NCBI GenBank assembly: GCA_028283505.1 | Contig: JAPOFX010000001.1 | Coordinates: 137,127 to 201,126, forward strand | Reading direction: 5' to 3' | Source: Candidatus Poseidoniales archaeon | GTDB taxonomy: Archaea > Thermoplasmatota > Poseidoniia > Poseidoniales > Thalassarchaeaceae | Length of the DNA stretch: 64,000 nucleotides | In this document: piece by piece, positions 43,411-53,800 of the stretch | Numbering within the stretch: position 1 is the stretch's first letter | Layout: every line of letters starts with the position of its first letter | The notes under the pieces: generated by a model | Seen by the model: the letters and a program-made list of their open reading frames with translations, nothing else | Told to the model about the DNA's origin: nothing | Databases searched by the model: none | Made by a program: the position numbers and the translations under genes

Positions 43411-44360
43411 TGGAAAACCAATGCCCCAGCAACTTTGAGGTGGATGTATGAGGATTGGCCACGAACCGTGACTGTGAGTGAGTAATCCCCTGAGTTGGAA
43501 GGAATAGTGCCTATCGCTCCCTTCTCAGTCGCTCCAGACCCCCATGCACGAGTCAGGGGAGAGGCTCCGGCATGGTCTTTCATTGTCAGGGAGCCAGATG
43601 ACGCACCGTTAGATGCTATCTCGACGTCAAGATACCAAACCAAGGTGCCCCAATCTCCTTCTGTTGGATGTCCATCATCAAAAAATGAGTCATATATTTC
43701 CTGATCATTCTCCTCATAAAGCCGATCAATTAAGTCTCTAGCCCTGTAGAAGAACACATCCCCCTGATAGTCCGATCTGGCGACATTTAGATTCATTCGT
43801 AATTGATTCTGCCCATCAGAGTCTTCCCATACCAGCCTTTCTAGGAATCCATCACTTCCGCTAAATGTATACTGCAATTCATGGCCCTCTGAGGATTCCG
43901 CACTAACTCTGGCATTCCCATTGTTTATTGAAACAGTAGTAGCACTCCATTCTTGGCCAAATAGAATGAATGACCATTGATCACCAACAGTCCATGGAAA
44001 TGAGAATACTTGTTGCGGTATTCCATTTTCGTATACAGATAGTCCATCAATTGTCATTCTTCCGAGAAATGGATTATGGTTAATCACTGCGTGCCTCTGT
44101 GCCTCTCTCTCTGAAGAAATTCCGACTTGATAATCCCCTGATTCGTTGTCTATCTCTGCAACAACTAACCTCGCGCTGTCTTCTCCAAATTGTGGTGTAA
44201 TAAACGTGTATAGCCAATTGTTCCCAACTTCCCACTCAGGGAGGAGTATGTCTCCATTGGTAGTTTCTCCCGATTGTCCTGAGTCCCCAGTCTCAATGCA
44301 ACCGGCGAGAATGCACATCAACAACAAACAAGCCATCCCAACCGCAGACCTGCCTCTCAT
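43398..44360 (-). CDS. Secreted hypothetical lipoprotein
   Basis: Signal [21 protein letters not shown] from the ATG at 44360. The ORF-track GTG at 44411 would add 17 residues. No catalytic motif recognised. Confidence 0.55.
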   Translation of the reverse strand: MRGRSAVGMACLLLMCILAGCIETGDSGQSGETTNGDILLPEWEVGNNWLYTFITPQFGEDSARLVVAEIDNESGDYQVGISSEREAQRHAVINHNPFLGRMTIDGLSVYENGIPQQVFSFPWTVGDQWSFILFGQEWSATTVSINNGNARVSAESSEGHELQYTFSGSDGFLERLVWEDSDGQNQLRMNLNVARSDYQGDVFFYRARDLIDRLYEENDQEIYDSFFDDGHPTEGDWGTLVWYLDVEIASNGASSGSLTMKDHAGASPLTRAWGSGATEKGAIGTIPSNSGDYSLTVTVRGQSSYIHLKVAGALVFQWNL

Positions 44361-44407
44361 GGCGATGCGACAGGGGGCGCAGTCAAGAGACTGACGCTTT
44401 TTTTTAA

Positions 44408-46471
44408 TCACAGTAACCCGGCGATAACAACTGAAACAATTGACATTAGCTTAATTAAAATGTTCAGTGAGGGCCCGCTAGTATCCTTGAATGGATCACC
44501 TATTGTGTCTCCGACAACTGCCGCGGAGTGAGCTTCGTCTCCTTTCTCGGCACCGGGTATCTCGCCTTGCTCAATCGCCTTCTTGGCATTGTCCCATGCG
44601 CCTCCTGCATTGGCCATGAATAGTGCCATAAGGACCCCGGTGGCTGTTGCGCCAGCCAGAGTTCCACCGAGCGCTGCGGGTCCGAGAATGATTCCGATTA
44701 TCACAGGACTCATTATTGCAACTAATCCTGGTAGGACCATCTCACGAAGAGCCGCTTGTGTCGAAATATCGACGCAAGTTGCACTGTCCGGTTCAACTCC
44801 ATCACGACCTTCCAATAGTCCATCAATCTCCCTAAATTGCCTACGAATCTCAGTAATCATGTCTTCTGCTGCACGCCCAACAGATTTCATTGTCATGGCA
44901 GCCACTACGAATGGCAGGGCGCCACCGATTAGTAGTCCTATGACGACATCCGGCTCAGTCAAGGAAAGATCTGCGGCCTCAAGTCCTGCACTGGTTTTGT
45001 ATGCAGCGAATAGTGCCAAGGCGGTTAAAGCGGCACTGCCAATAGCGAATCCTTTCCCAATCGCAGCGGTTGTGTTCCCGATAGAATCTAGTCCGTCTGT
45101 GATATCTCTAACTTGCTTTCCTAGGCCTGACATTTCTGCAATACCTCCAGCGTTGTCTGCGACAGGCCCATATGCATCAACAGTCATTGTAACTCCAACT
45201 GTTCCAAGCATCCCCATTGCGGCCATTGCAATGCCGTACAAGCCTGCATCTCCACCTCCCATCACATCATTAGCGCCATAGATACCTGCGGCCATTAGAA
45301 GTACTGGGATGAATACGGATTGCATCCCCACTGCAAGGCCAGCGATTGCATTTGTCGCACTTCCTGTCTTCGAGGCCTCTCCAATGTAAGGAATTGCTTC
45401 AACCTTTATTCCGAAAACCGGTTCGATTCCTGTGTAGTATTCAGTTACCAAACCAATCAGGATACCCACGAGTGATCCAATCGCCACAGCGTAGATTACT
45501 TTAGTCTCCAAATCTAGGTAGTCTAGAGCGAGATATCCTCCTCCGATAAACAATGCAGCACCAATGAAAGTTGTGTTTCGTAATGCTGCGCCAGGGTCCA
45601 TGTTCTTCATCGCGGTAATCGAAAAGACTCCAATTATGGAAGCGACGTAACCGACAACAGCTAGGACAATTGGAATCATCAGATACTCGTCACCCAGAGT
45701 CTCCGAGCTAGCAGCAGCGATTACCATTGCAGCGATGATGCTACCAACGAAGGACTCGAAGATGTCCGCACCCATGCCAGCTACGTCTCCTACATTGTCG
45801 CCGACGTTATCAGCAATTACTCCGGGATTTCTGGGATCATCCTCTGGGATTCCCGCTTCTACCTTCCCGACGAGGTCTGCCCCGACATCTGCGGCTTTCG
45901 TGTAAATTCCTCCACCGACTCTGGCGAATAGAGCAATAGAAGAAGCACCCATTCCAAATCCAGCAATATTACCAACCGTAAGGAATCCGTCACCATCGGA
46001 TGGGCCAGTCAAGAAATACATTAGAGATATCCCGAATAGTCCTAGCCCGCCGACCGCCAAGCCCATGACAGCACCGCCGTTGTAAGAAGTAGTGAGGGCA
46101 GCGGCCTGGCCACCATTTGCAGCAGCTTGGGCAGTTCGTCCATTAGCGCTCGTGGCCGACTGCATACCACTGAATCCTGCAGCAACGCTGCAAAAAGCAC
46201 CGATAATGAAGGCAACCATGGTCTCGAAACCAAGGCCGTTCTCTTCACCACCGAACAGTAGTAGTGCAGATACCACTGCAATGAAAACAGCTAACATCCT
46301 ATATTCAGCCATAAGGAAGGCCATTGCGCCATCCTGTATTCTACCTGTTATTGTAGCTACAGTCTTGTCCTCAATCTCAATTGAATCGACTTTCTTGTAA
46401 AGCATGAATGCGATAAGTAGGCCAAATATTCCTACTCCCATTCCAATTGTTCCTAGTGTATCTCCTTCCAT
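44408..46471 (-). CDS. hppA: Membrane-bound ion-translocating pyrophosphatase (K+-dependent subtype by the GNTTAA motif)
   Basis: [29 protein letters not shown] and [18 protein letters not shown] (Ala rather than Lys in GNTT[A/K]A), plus [10 protein letters not shown] and [10 protein letters not shown]. Confidence 0.9.
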   Translation of the reverse strand: MEGDTLGTIGMGVGIFGLLIAFMLYKKVDSIEIEDKTVATITGRIQDGAMAFLMAEYRMLAVFIAVVSALLLFGGEENGLGFETMVAFIIGAFCSVAAGFSGMQSATSANGRTAQAAANGGQAAALTTSYNGGAVMGLAVGGLGLFGISLMYFLTGPSDGDGFLTVGNIAGFGMGASSIALFARVGGGIYTKAADVGADLVGKVEAGIPEDDPRNPGVIADNVGDNVGDVAGMGADIFESFVGSIIAAMVIAAASSETLGDEYLMIPIVLAVVGYVASIIGVFSITAMKNMDPGAALRNTTFIGAALFIGGGYLALDYLDLETKVIYAVAIGSLVGILIGLVTEYYTGIEPVFGIKVEAIPYIGEASKTGSATNAIAGLAVGMQSVFIPVLLMAAGIYGANDVMGGGDAGLYGIAMAAMGMLGTVGVTMTVDAYGPVADNAGGIAEMSGLGKQVRDITDGLDSIGNTTAAIGKGFAIGSAALTALALFAAYKTSAGLEAADLSLTEPDVVIGLLIGGALPFVVAAMTMKSVGRAAEDMITEIRRQFREIDGLLEGRDGVEPDSATCVDISTQAALREMVLPGLVAIMSPVIIGIILGPAALGGTLAGATATGVLMALFMANAGGAWDNAKKAIEQGEIPGAEKGDEAHSAAVVGDTIGDPFKDTSGPSLNILIKLMSIVSVVIAGLL

Positions 46472-46549
46472 GTGGTATCAACCCGTATCGGTCCGGCGAC
46501 AAAAGTCCCACTTATAATTCAAGCCGTAAAATAACACAATTAGGTACAA

Positions 46550-47452
46550 CTACGACATATGTCTCTGTATGACATCGGCAAAAGCCTCCAGAACTCCAGC
46601 CCCATCGTGATCTTTCTGAAAGGAGAGCATCTCCGCTTCAGTGATATGCCCCCACTCAAATGCTCTCTGAATTCTATGCCTGGCGGCCTCAGGATGGAAC
46701 TGGACCCCCCATGCAGGCATCTTGCGTTGGCGTGAATCTACTACTCTTACAGCAGTAACATGATTATGTTCGGCGGACCCCAAGAGAATGCAATTTTCAG
46801 GGACTGTAATCACATGATCCTGATGAGAATAAACTACCTCTGGGCCTCTACCACTTTGCCATCTGGACTCAAATAACTCATCCGACATGCCATCCTCATT
46901 CAATACCATCTCCCATATTCCACTCGACATTTTTTCTGCTCGTGTGACTTCCGAACCTAATGATTTGCAAAGAAGCTGATGACCAAAACAAATACCCAGA
47001 GTCGGAGATCCCGAGGTTGCTGCCACCCTCATTAAAGAAGACGCACTTTCCATCCATCCCTCCCACATCGTGACATTCCTTCTAGAACCAGAACAAACTA
47101 CCGCGTCCACGCCTAAATTACTCAACCAATGTAACATTCCCGCGTCATCCAAACCAATCGGCAGAGCAATTCTGGAAAATTTGGCTGTGTTCTCACCCAT
47201 TGTTACTTTGCAACTTCTCCAAAATTCGTATTCATCGTCCCATTCTGGAACGTCGTTACGATCGATGAAGAATAGTCCTTCATCTGCTGCTTTACGTCCA
47301 GATTCAAGTGACTGCATCTGAGGGGTCAGGAGAAAAACATCTACATTTCCAAACTCCGCAATTGGCTGGATGACCTCTTGATTCCCTCCGTGTCCGAACT
47401 CCGATCTTTCTACCAGAAGGTCCAGAAGTAGGACTCTGACGTTGCGGTTCAT
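46550..47452 (-). CDS. Class I glutamine amidotransferase-like protein
   Basis: Nucleophile elbow GICFGHQLL and C-terminal QFHPE. The ATG at 47452 (MNRNVRVLLLDL) is preferred over the GTG at 47503. Confidence 0.65.
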   Translation of the reverse strand: MNRNVRVLLLDLLVERSEFGHGGNQEVIQPIAEFGNVDVFLLTPQMQSLESGRKAADEGLFFIDRNDVPEWDDEYEFWRSCKVTMGENTAKFSRIALPIGLDDAGMLHWLSNLGVDAVVCSGSRRNVTMWEGWMESASSLMRVAATSGSPTLGICFGHQLLCKSLGSEVTRAEKMSSGIWEMVLNEDGMSDELFESRWQSGRGPEVVYSHQDHVITVPENCILLGSAEHNHVTAVRVVDSRQRKMPAWGVQFHPEAARHRIQRAFEWGHITEAEMLSFQKDHDGAGVLEAFADVIQRHMS

Positions 47453-47511
47453 AGCACCCGGAAGAAGCGATTGTTTGAAAGGCTCCCGCTTGTTCAGGCA
47501 CACGAGTGAGC

Positions 47512-47790
47512 ATGGTCGACAAACAGGTAATCCTTGATTCAGTGGGTCCTGTTCAGGCTGTACTCGATGCCCATGATGGTGTTGTAAATGTAATTGATAC
47601 TACAGGAGGGGTGATTTCGATATCTCTGGAGGGAGGGTGTACGGGATGTAGTGCCACCCCTATGACTGCAATGCAAATCTACTACTCCCTGATGAAGCTG
47701 GAACAAGTGAACGACGTGATATTCGTAAACGGTGAGTTACCAGCCTACATGAGGGCGTTCATTGATGACAAGATTGGCGGGGAGTCTTAG
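47512..47790 (+). CDS. NifU C-terminal domain (Nfu-like) Fe-S cluster protein
   Basis: GGVISISLEGGCTGCSATPMT carries the CxxC motif. About 90 aa. Confidence 0.65.
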   Translation: MVDKQVILDSVGPVQAVLDAHDGVVNVIDTTGGVISISLEGGCTGCSATPMTAMQIYYSLMKLEQVNDVIFVNGELPAYMRAFIDDKIGGES

Positions 47791-48125
47791 TCCCGTTCTT
47801 TCCTCATCTTCATTATTTCGTGAGGGTTAGTTTCTCCTTGGACATCCTTACCCTTCAGACTCATTGATGCAGATATCGCCACGACGACTGCCACTAGTGC
47901 CATAGGTAGTGCGACATTCCCTGATCCCCATAATTCTCCTCCCATGAAATTAAACACAACCAGTAGAAGAGCCGCAGTCACACACAAGAGAGCTATGCTT
48001 CTCTGTGCAAAAACCTCTCCTGTTACGCTCCTTGAGAAAGTTCCTATTGACATCCAAAGGATTACGGATAATCCACACATTGTAAGTGAAACTGTCTCGA
48101 CGACCTCAACAAACGCGTCTGTCAT
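47787..48125 (-). CDS. Hypothetical membrane protein (3 TM)
   Basis: Hydrophobic 112-aa ORF filling the gap. No motif recognised. Confidence 0.4.
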   Translation of the reverse strand: MTDAFVEVVETVSLTMCGLSVILWMSIGTFSRSVTGEVFAQRSIALLCVTAALLLVVFNFMGGELWGSGNVALPMALVAVVVAISASMSLKGKDVQGETNPHEIMKMRKERD

Positions 48126-48224
48126 GTCCTCCCTAGAGTGTCAATACTTGTGAGGGTTGGGGGAGTTTGTTTACTGCACGGGATATAACGAACCTTCAAC
48201 AAAGGTGAGCTACTAGGTGACATC

Positions 48225-48449
48225 ATGGGTGTGCTACGCGGACTATCTTTGGCCCTGATTGTTATTCTTCCGGCATTCATCCTAGGATTCATAGCGTATC
48301 TTCTGACTGGAGAATTTCTGGTCGGTGGGACCTCAGATATAACAGAATGGGAAACGTGGATGTACGTGCCTTGCTATGGAGTTCCCCTATTTTGCCTAGT
48401 TGTAGCGTTCATATTTGGCATGAGGTCAGGTCGGGTGGAAGACCAGTGA
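48225..48449 (+). CDS. Hypothetical small membrane protein (2 TM)
   Basis: 74 aa with two hydrophobic helices. Its stop overlaps the GTG start of nth (GTGA). Confidence 0.4.
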   Translation: MGVLRGLSLALIVILPAFILGFIAYLLTGEFLVGGTSDITEWETWMYVPCYGVPLFCLVVAFIFGMRSGRVEDQ

Positions 48450-49087
48450 GAAGATTGGATAAGGCCAAAATGATAGGTGAGCAATTAGACTCCTTGTACC
48501 CTGAAACCCCGGTCCCCTTAGATCACAAAGACCCCTACACACTGTTGGTCGCAGTAATGTTATCCGCTCAGACCACAGATAAGAAGGTAAACGAGGTCAC
48601 TCCCTTTCTTTTCGATCTCGCAGATAGCCCACAAAAAATGGCAATGATGGAGGTTGAAGAGATCCACTCGATAATCAGGGAAATAGGACTCGCCCCCACT
48701 AAGGCGAGGAATCTAAAAAAGATGGCACAACAAATAATCCAGTCCGGAGGGGCAATTCGTCCAGATTGGGAGTTCCTCGAATCCTTGGCAGGGGTCGGTC
48801 ATAAAACAGCCGGTGTAGTGATGTCCCAAGCCTTTGGAATCCCTGCATTTCCCGTTGATACTCACATACACAGACTAGCAGACAGATGGGGGCTTTCAAA
48901 CGGAAAGAATGTTGCTAAGACTGAGTACGATCTGAAGAAGGTCTTCCCGGAAGACACTTGGAATCGTAGGCACCTGCAGATAATTTTCTTCGGTAGGGAA
49001 TACTGTCCAGCAAGAGGGCATGACCTATCCGAGTGTCCGATTTGCTCATGGGCGGCCACAAAAAAGCGGATAAAGGAAGGCAGGTGA
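48446..49087 (+). CDS. nth: Endonuclease III (DNA glycosylase/AP lyase)
   Basis: YTLLVAVMLSAQTTDKKVN, HhH region LAGVGHKTAGVV, VDTHIHR, and a C-terminal Cys loop CPARGHDLSECPIC. The start is GTG 48446 or ATG 48470. The 48347 start of the ORF track runs through the previous gene. Confidence 0.8.
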   Translation: MRRLDKAKMIGEQLDSLYPETPVPLDHKDPYTLLVAVMLSAQTTDKKVNEVTPFLFDLADSPQKMAMMEVEEIHSIIREIGLAPTKARNLKKMAQQIIQSGGAIRPDWEFLESLAGVGHKTAGVVMSQAFGIPAFPVDTHIHRLADRWGLSNGKNVAKTEYDLKKVFPEDTWNRRHLQIIFFGREYCPARGHDLSECPICSWAATKKRIKEGR

Positions 49088-49091
49088 TACA

Positions 49092-49667
49092 ATGTTAATC
49101 TTCAGAGGTAGAATTACATCTGTTGGATTCGACTCTGGAAATTCGATCGTGATAGGGGACTGGGTGGAATCGCCTCTCGGTAACTTCACAAATATCATGT
49201 GGTCTAAACCAGACGGTACAAGAATCCTACTCTCACCCTCTCAAAAACACGCCGATTTCGTATCATCACTCTATTCATTCGATGAGGTTTCAATTGTCGA
49301 TTTCGATACAAGACGGGGAAAGCGTGGGATTAAGGTGTTTACCGATAAACTTTCCATATCTGTGTACTGGGGATTTAGATTCTTAATTCCAGTTCCAAGG
49401 CCATTGTGGTTTATTTCCAGTGTAGAGAATTTCTTTGGAAAAATGATATTTGGGTCTTCTACCTACGGAAGAGCTCGTGATGGGAGCAGGGAATGGTATT
49501 CAATTAGGGGTTTTTCAAGAGTTATTTCTGCTGAGGCAAAACTCTCAAAACAGAACTTGGGAATGATGACCTACACAGATTTTCCTGAGAAGTTTGGATT
49601 TAGTAGTCCTCCAAGGATTCCAAGCAGTATTGAGGTACACTCACATATTGATAGAGACAAGGTTTGA
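49092..49667 (+). CDS. Hypothetical protein (191 aa)
   Basis: ORF 4 nt after nth on the same strand. No motif recognised. Confidence 0.4.
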   Translation: MLIFRGRITSVGFDSGNSIVIGDWVESPLGNFTNIMWSKPDGTRILLSPSQKHADFVSSLYSFDEVSIVDFDTRRGKRGIKVFTDKLSISVYWGFRFLIPVPRPLWFISSVENFFGKMIFGSSTYGRARDGSREWYSIRGFSRVISAEAKLSKQNLGMMTYTDFPEKFGFSSPPRIPSSIEVHSHIDRDKV

Positions 49668-49692
49668 TGAACCTAACAGTGTATTCAGCCAT

Positions 49693-50175
49693 ATGACAGA
49701 AGATGTTACGTTGGCTGTAGGAGGGATCGCACCAGAATTTGAGGCATTTTTGAGTGATGGCTCCAAATTCGTACTTTCAGAGGCGCTATCATCAGGAAAG
49801 GGAGTTATTCTCTACTTCTATCCTCGTGATAATACCCCTGGTTGCACCTCACAGGCCTGTGATTTCAGGGATAACTTCGGGAGGATTTCGGACGGTTCAT
49901 GGAAAGTTGTTGGAGTCTCGACAGACTCAGCAAAATCACATCAAAATTTCATCTCAAAACATGAACTTCCTTTCGATCTGATAGTGGACGAAGAAGCCGA
50001 GTTACATTCCCTTTATGGGACTTGGAGGGAGAAGAGTATGTACGGTAAAACCTACATGGGCACAGTAAGATCAACGTTTGCCATATCCTCGGATGGGACT
50101 CTGGCGTGGGTGGGCTACAAAGTCAAAACAAAAGGGCATGTGGACCAAGTTTTGCAAGATTTAGGGATAGAGTGA
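49693..50175 (+). CDS. bcp: Peroxiredoxin, Bcp type
   Basis: GKGVILYFYPRDNTPGCTSQAC contains the peroxidatic and resolving Cys (CxxxxC). The ATG at 49693 is preferred. Confidence 0.8.
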   Translation: MTEDVTLAVGGIAPEFEAFLSDGSKFVLSEALSSGKGVILYFYPRDNTPGCTSQACDFRDNFGRISDGSWKVVGVSTDSAKSHQNFISKHELPFDLIVDEEAELHSLYGTWREKSMYGKTYMGTVRSTFAISSDGTLAWVGYKVKTKGHVDQVLQDLGIE

Positions 50176-50179
50176 TATC

Positions 50180-50422
50180 TTGGACGAAAATGATAGAAGG
50201 AATCTAGTTGAGCGATTTCTAAGGAGATGCGTAACGTACGCCAATGAGTCGATAAGGAGGAAGTCGAATAGGGGAGCTAGCGAAGAAGAAATCGCAAAAT
50301 GGGAGGTTTACAGGGACTTTACATTGCACGCAGCAGATGAAGTAGCTTCAGGCGATTTGGATTCATGGCTTGAGGACGGTCCTGTAGATTTTGAGCCAAC
50401 AAATCAAGATTCAGAGAGCTGA
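50180..50422 (+). CDS. Hypothetical small acidic protein (80 aa)
   Basis: ORF only. Its 3' end overlaps the convergent SepF-like gene by 19 nt. Confidence 0.35.
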   Translation: MDENDRRNLVERFLRRCVTYANESIRRKSNRGASEEEIAKWEVYRDFTLHAADEVASGDLDSWLEDGPVDFEPTNQDSES

Positions 50423-50874
50423 TCGTAGTCCCCAATTCCCAATTCATATTTTTTAGTATCAACTCTCATCATAGCTCCGGGCACCATTAGAAGCGAGTCA
50501 TCTTCGTTAATCGCGAATGCGTGTAGGCCCAATCTCTCGGCCATTTCTTGGACCCTCCTCCTACATCGATCTCTTTGTGTAGGCATGTGTACCATTGAGC
50601 CAAGGTCTACTATGACTAAGCTACCCCTGGAGAGGGGAACGGATATCCCTTCCAAGGGAAGTCTGTGCATTAAATCTGGTTTGATATATACCACACTTCT
50701 TTCAGCCCCAGGAGTTAGCCTCCTGGTCATTTCCGACCATTTTTGGTCCCCTAAATCTAAGTGTAAATCACCCTCTTGGGGCCCGGGGTCTGCAGTCGCC
50801 CTTCTCCTCCTTGTTTCAGAACTCCTAACCTTTGTAGGATCGGGAAGACCAAGCAGTCTGAAGAGGTTCGCCAC
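50404..50874 (-). CDS. sepF: SepF-like (DUF552) protein, candidate FtsZ membrane anchor
   Basis: The layout resembles archaeal SepF. A short N-terminal amphipathic segment (MANLFRLLGL) and a basic linker come first. The core follows: LHLDLGD..VVYIKPD..SRGSLVIVDLGSM..MAERLGLHAFAINEDDSLLMVPGAMMRVD. Recognition is by eye only. Confidence 0.45.
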   Translation of the reverse strand: MANLFRLLGLPDPTKVRSSETRRRRATADPGPQEGDLHLDLGDQKWSEMTRRLTPGAERSVVYIKPDLMHRLPLEGISVPLSRGSLVIVDLGSMVHMPTQRDRCRRRVQEMAERLGLHAFAINEDDSLLMVPGAMMRVDTKKYELGIGDYDQLSES

Positions 50875-50888
50875 GGGTGTCCCCGTGC

Positions 50889-53800
50889 CTACTCATCAAA
50901 GAGTGCTTCGATATCTTCTTGGCTTAGAGCATCATCTACAGACATTACCACTTCTTCCGAGGGCTCACTCTTTCCCTTAGATACATCTGGAACATCCTCA
51001 TCATCCATGGCATCTGTGTCTACAACAATAGATTCAGTCTCTTGCTCTCCCGAGTCCATTTGGACATCTGTGTCAGATGTAACTTGCGAGTCGATTATTT
51101 CCGAATCTTGTTCCGTATTTTCAGTGGCAGGCTCGAGTGATTTTGATTTCGGCCCCTCCCTCCTGCTTTGCGAGTCAAATGGGTCATAATCAGGATCGTC
51201 AAAGGCGTCATCCACTGAAACTTTCTTCAGACTCTTGGTCTGGTCCATCCCTGATACTAGTCCGCTATCACTAGGTGGACTTCTGTTCTTAACTAGCATG
51301 AAACCTCCAGAAAGTGCAATTAATACTACAACAATTATCATTATGCCATATGACGAGACGAACTCGCCAAGGCTAAATGGCGCTGCTGAGACAGTCAGAG
51401 TAAGAGTTGCAGATGACCCTTGTCCTTCGTCTAACGCTGTCATACTAATCCCTCTGTTCCCAGAGCCAACGAACGACCATTCGATCCACTTTCCCTGAAT
51501 ATCAACATCGTTGGCGGCGTCACCATCGCCATCACTATCAACAGAGGTATCCATGTCCCAGTTATACACCATATTCTCCATATCTAAGATGGAGTCACTG
51601 GTCCCATTAGCGCTGAAGAAAACAATTTCTCCCTCCACTGGAGTAAACGTGCTTGCTGAAACTTTGGGAAAGGGATTGACATTTCTCACATCGATTGGAA
51701 TCTCTATCATCGCAGAGCTTCCATCGTCATCAGTTACGTGAAAAACAATCATACTGGGTGAGGTGGTAGCGTCTGGCCACGCCATCTGAAGTGTTCTGGA
51801 CTCAATGTCGCAGTCATCAGCTGCATTTCCAGATCCGTCTGAGTCAACCGTCGGTTGTAGGTCATAGCAATTCTGTAGTGTCAGCTGATCACCAGCAGTA
51901 TCTATGGTATCAATTGTTATGGAAATCTCCGAATCCTCCGCCACTGGCAGAGGGTCTGCAACTGGGCTAATCTGAGGCTCAAGGTTGATAATTTCGATAG
52001 GAATAATCAGTGATTCTGTACTCGCCCCGTCATTATCTATTACCTGTAGGGTTGCTAGATGCAAACCGGAGGTATGGTATGTATGCTGCACCGTACTTTT
52101 TCTGCCCTCAAATGTAATTACCTGGTCTGGATTATTTTCTGCATCGGGACTCCAGAGATGTACAAGTGTGGACAAGTCATTTTCAGAGTCATCAGCCATG
52201 CCTTCAAAAATTAGTAAATCGCCTTCATTGGCGATGTAAACTCCTCTGCTGTCAGGGACCATCCTATTTCCCTCCTTCCATACCTCTGCCCTGGGGTTCG
52301 TTGGTGCTATATTTCGAACTTCGACAGTTTTGTTTGAGTACCCAATATCCCCGTCATCGTCAACAGCTTCGACACTGATTGTGTATGCTCCTTCTTCATC
52401 AGGTGTCACAGTGCAATATACTCCGACTTGCCCTTCTTGACATGGGTAATCTGAAATCCACAGAATATCCATTGGTGCTTGTGGGTTTTGAGTATCGATA
52501 TCGCTTCTTTCCTCGACGTTAAACTGCAATGGAGAGAGAACGTTAGTCCACTCATATTCGGACTCGATAGTAATCTCAGGAGGTCGGTTCACAATCTCAA
52601 TTACGTCACCAATGACTGCCAAGTCATTTTCATTATCTGTGAATTCTATAACGATGTCGAATATTCCGTCGTCGTCCCACTCAAACTCGACAATGCACTC
52701 TTCTCCACCAGATATTTCCACTATCTGATCCTCACTCTCGATAAAGAAATTACATCCAATAAACTCTCCACCATCTGGATCGTACGAGGAACTAGCATCA
52801 AGAATCACAGCAGATTTCGTAAGAGACTGAGCTGGCATATCTAAAGTCGCCACAGGAAGCCTCCCTATCCACAATGAAAATACACCGTTATTGTTGGATC
52901 TGTCACCATCATCAGTTATTGACTCATTAGGATCCACTTGGAAAGAAAGCGAAATTTGCCCTATTGGGTAGGCATTAGGTACTGTCCAATTGACTTCTAC
53001 GATAGCTTGCCCTAAGCTCGGGAGTGAGGGAACTTGGGCAGTCTGCACAGATCCATCAGGAGACTCCACATTCATTGTAGTCGCGGGAGAGGGCAGAAGC
53101 CCTCTATTCTGTATCGGCATGTAGAATCTTAACGTATCCTGGGGAACAGCATTGAAGCCAGTGGAGGACGCCAGGGTTGTAGTTGCTCCCCCCCTTGTCC
53201 TCTCAACAGTAACACCCGAGGAAATAGCCACCAGGTCAACAGCACTCACATTAGGGTCGATGGTGATTGTCGATACTCCGACAATCTTCTCGGAGGGGAT
53301 CCATGCAATTACACCATGACTTCCTGCCTCGCTGCCCCCCTGCGAGTCGTCTATGGAATTTCCGGAATTGAACTCCACATACGCCGTTCCGTTGGATGAG
53401 GTAGTCACTGTTCTGATATCCCCGTCAATTCCATATCGGAACTCCACCTCCTGGCTTCCGGCAGATAGTGCCGAACCATCCTGAGTTACAGTAAGTATTG
53501 CTGTCGTGTTTAAATTGAGTGGGGAAAGAGGAAATTCCAAATCAACTGATATTTCCTTACTTCTTTGAACATCTTCCGGAATATAATTTTGAAGCTCATG
53601 AAATGCATTAATCCCATCTATGATATCAGTACTAGATGACACGTCTCCTCTGACAGCAGGGCAGAACCACCTATACCCGTCAGCCGAACCATTAGCATCG
53701 AATGTTGTCACGTTGTAGGATTGCTGACATTGTGAGTATGGTGTTCCCGGGGCCCCTCTCGACATCACTTGCCAACTCCTCACCTCGCTAGAATCTGAGT

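Noticed and set aside
44583-45281. 232-aa Ala/Pro/Ser-rich + strand ORF inside hppA
   Set aside because: It is a shadow ORF opposite the highly conserved pyrophosphatase frame.
48347-48445. Upstream extension of the nth ORF overlapping the 74-aa membrane ORF
   Set aside because: The conserved EndoIII sequence begins after the GTG at 48446, which overlaps the stop of the upstream gene (GTGA). The extension has no homology-like features.
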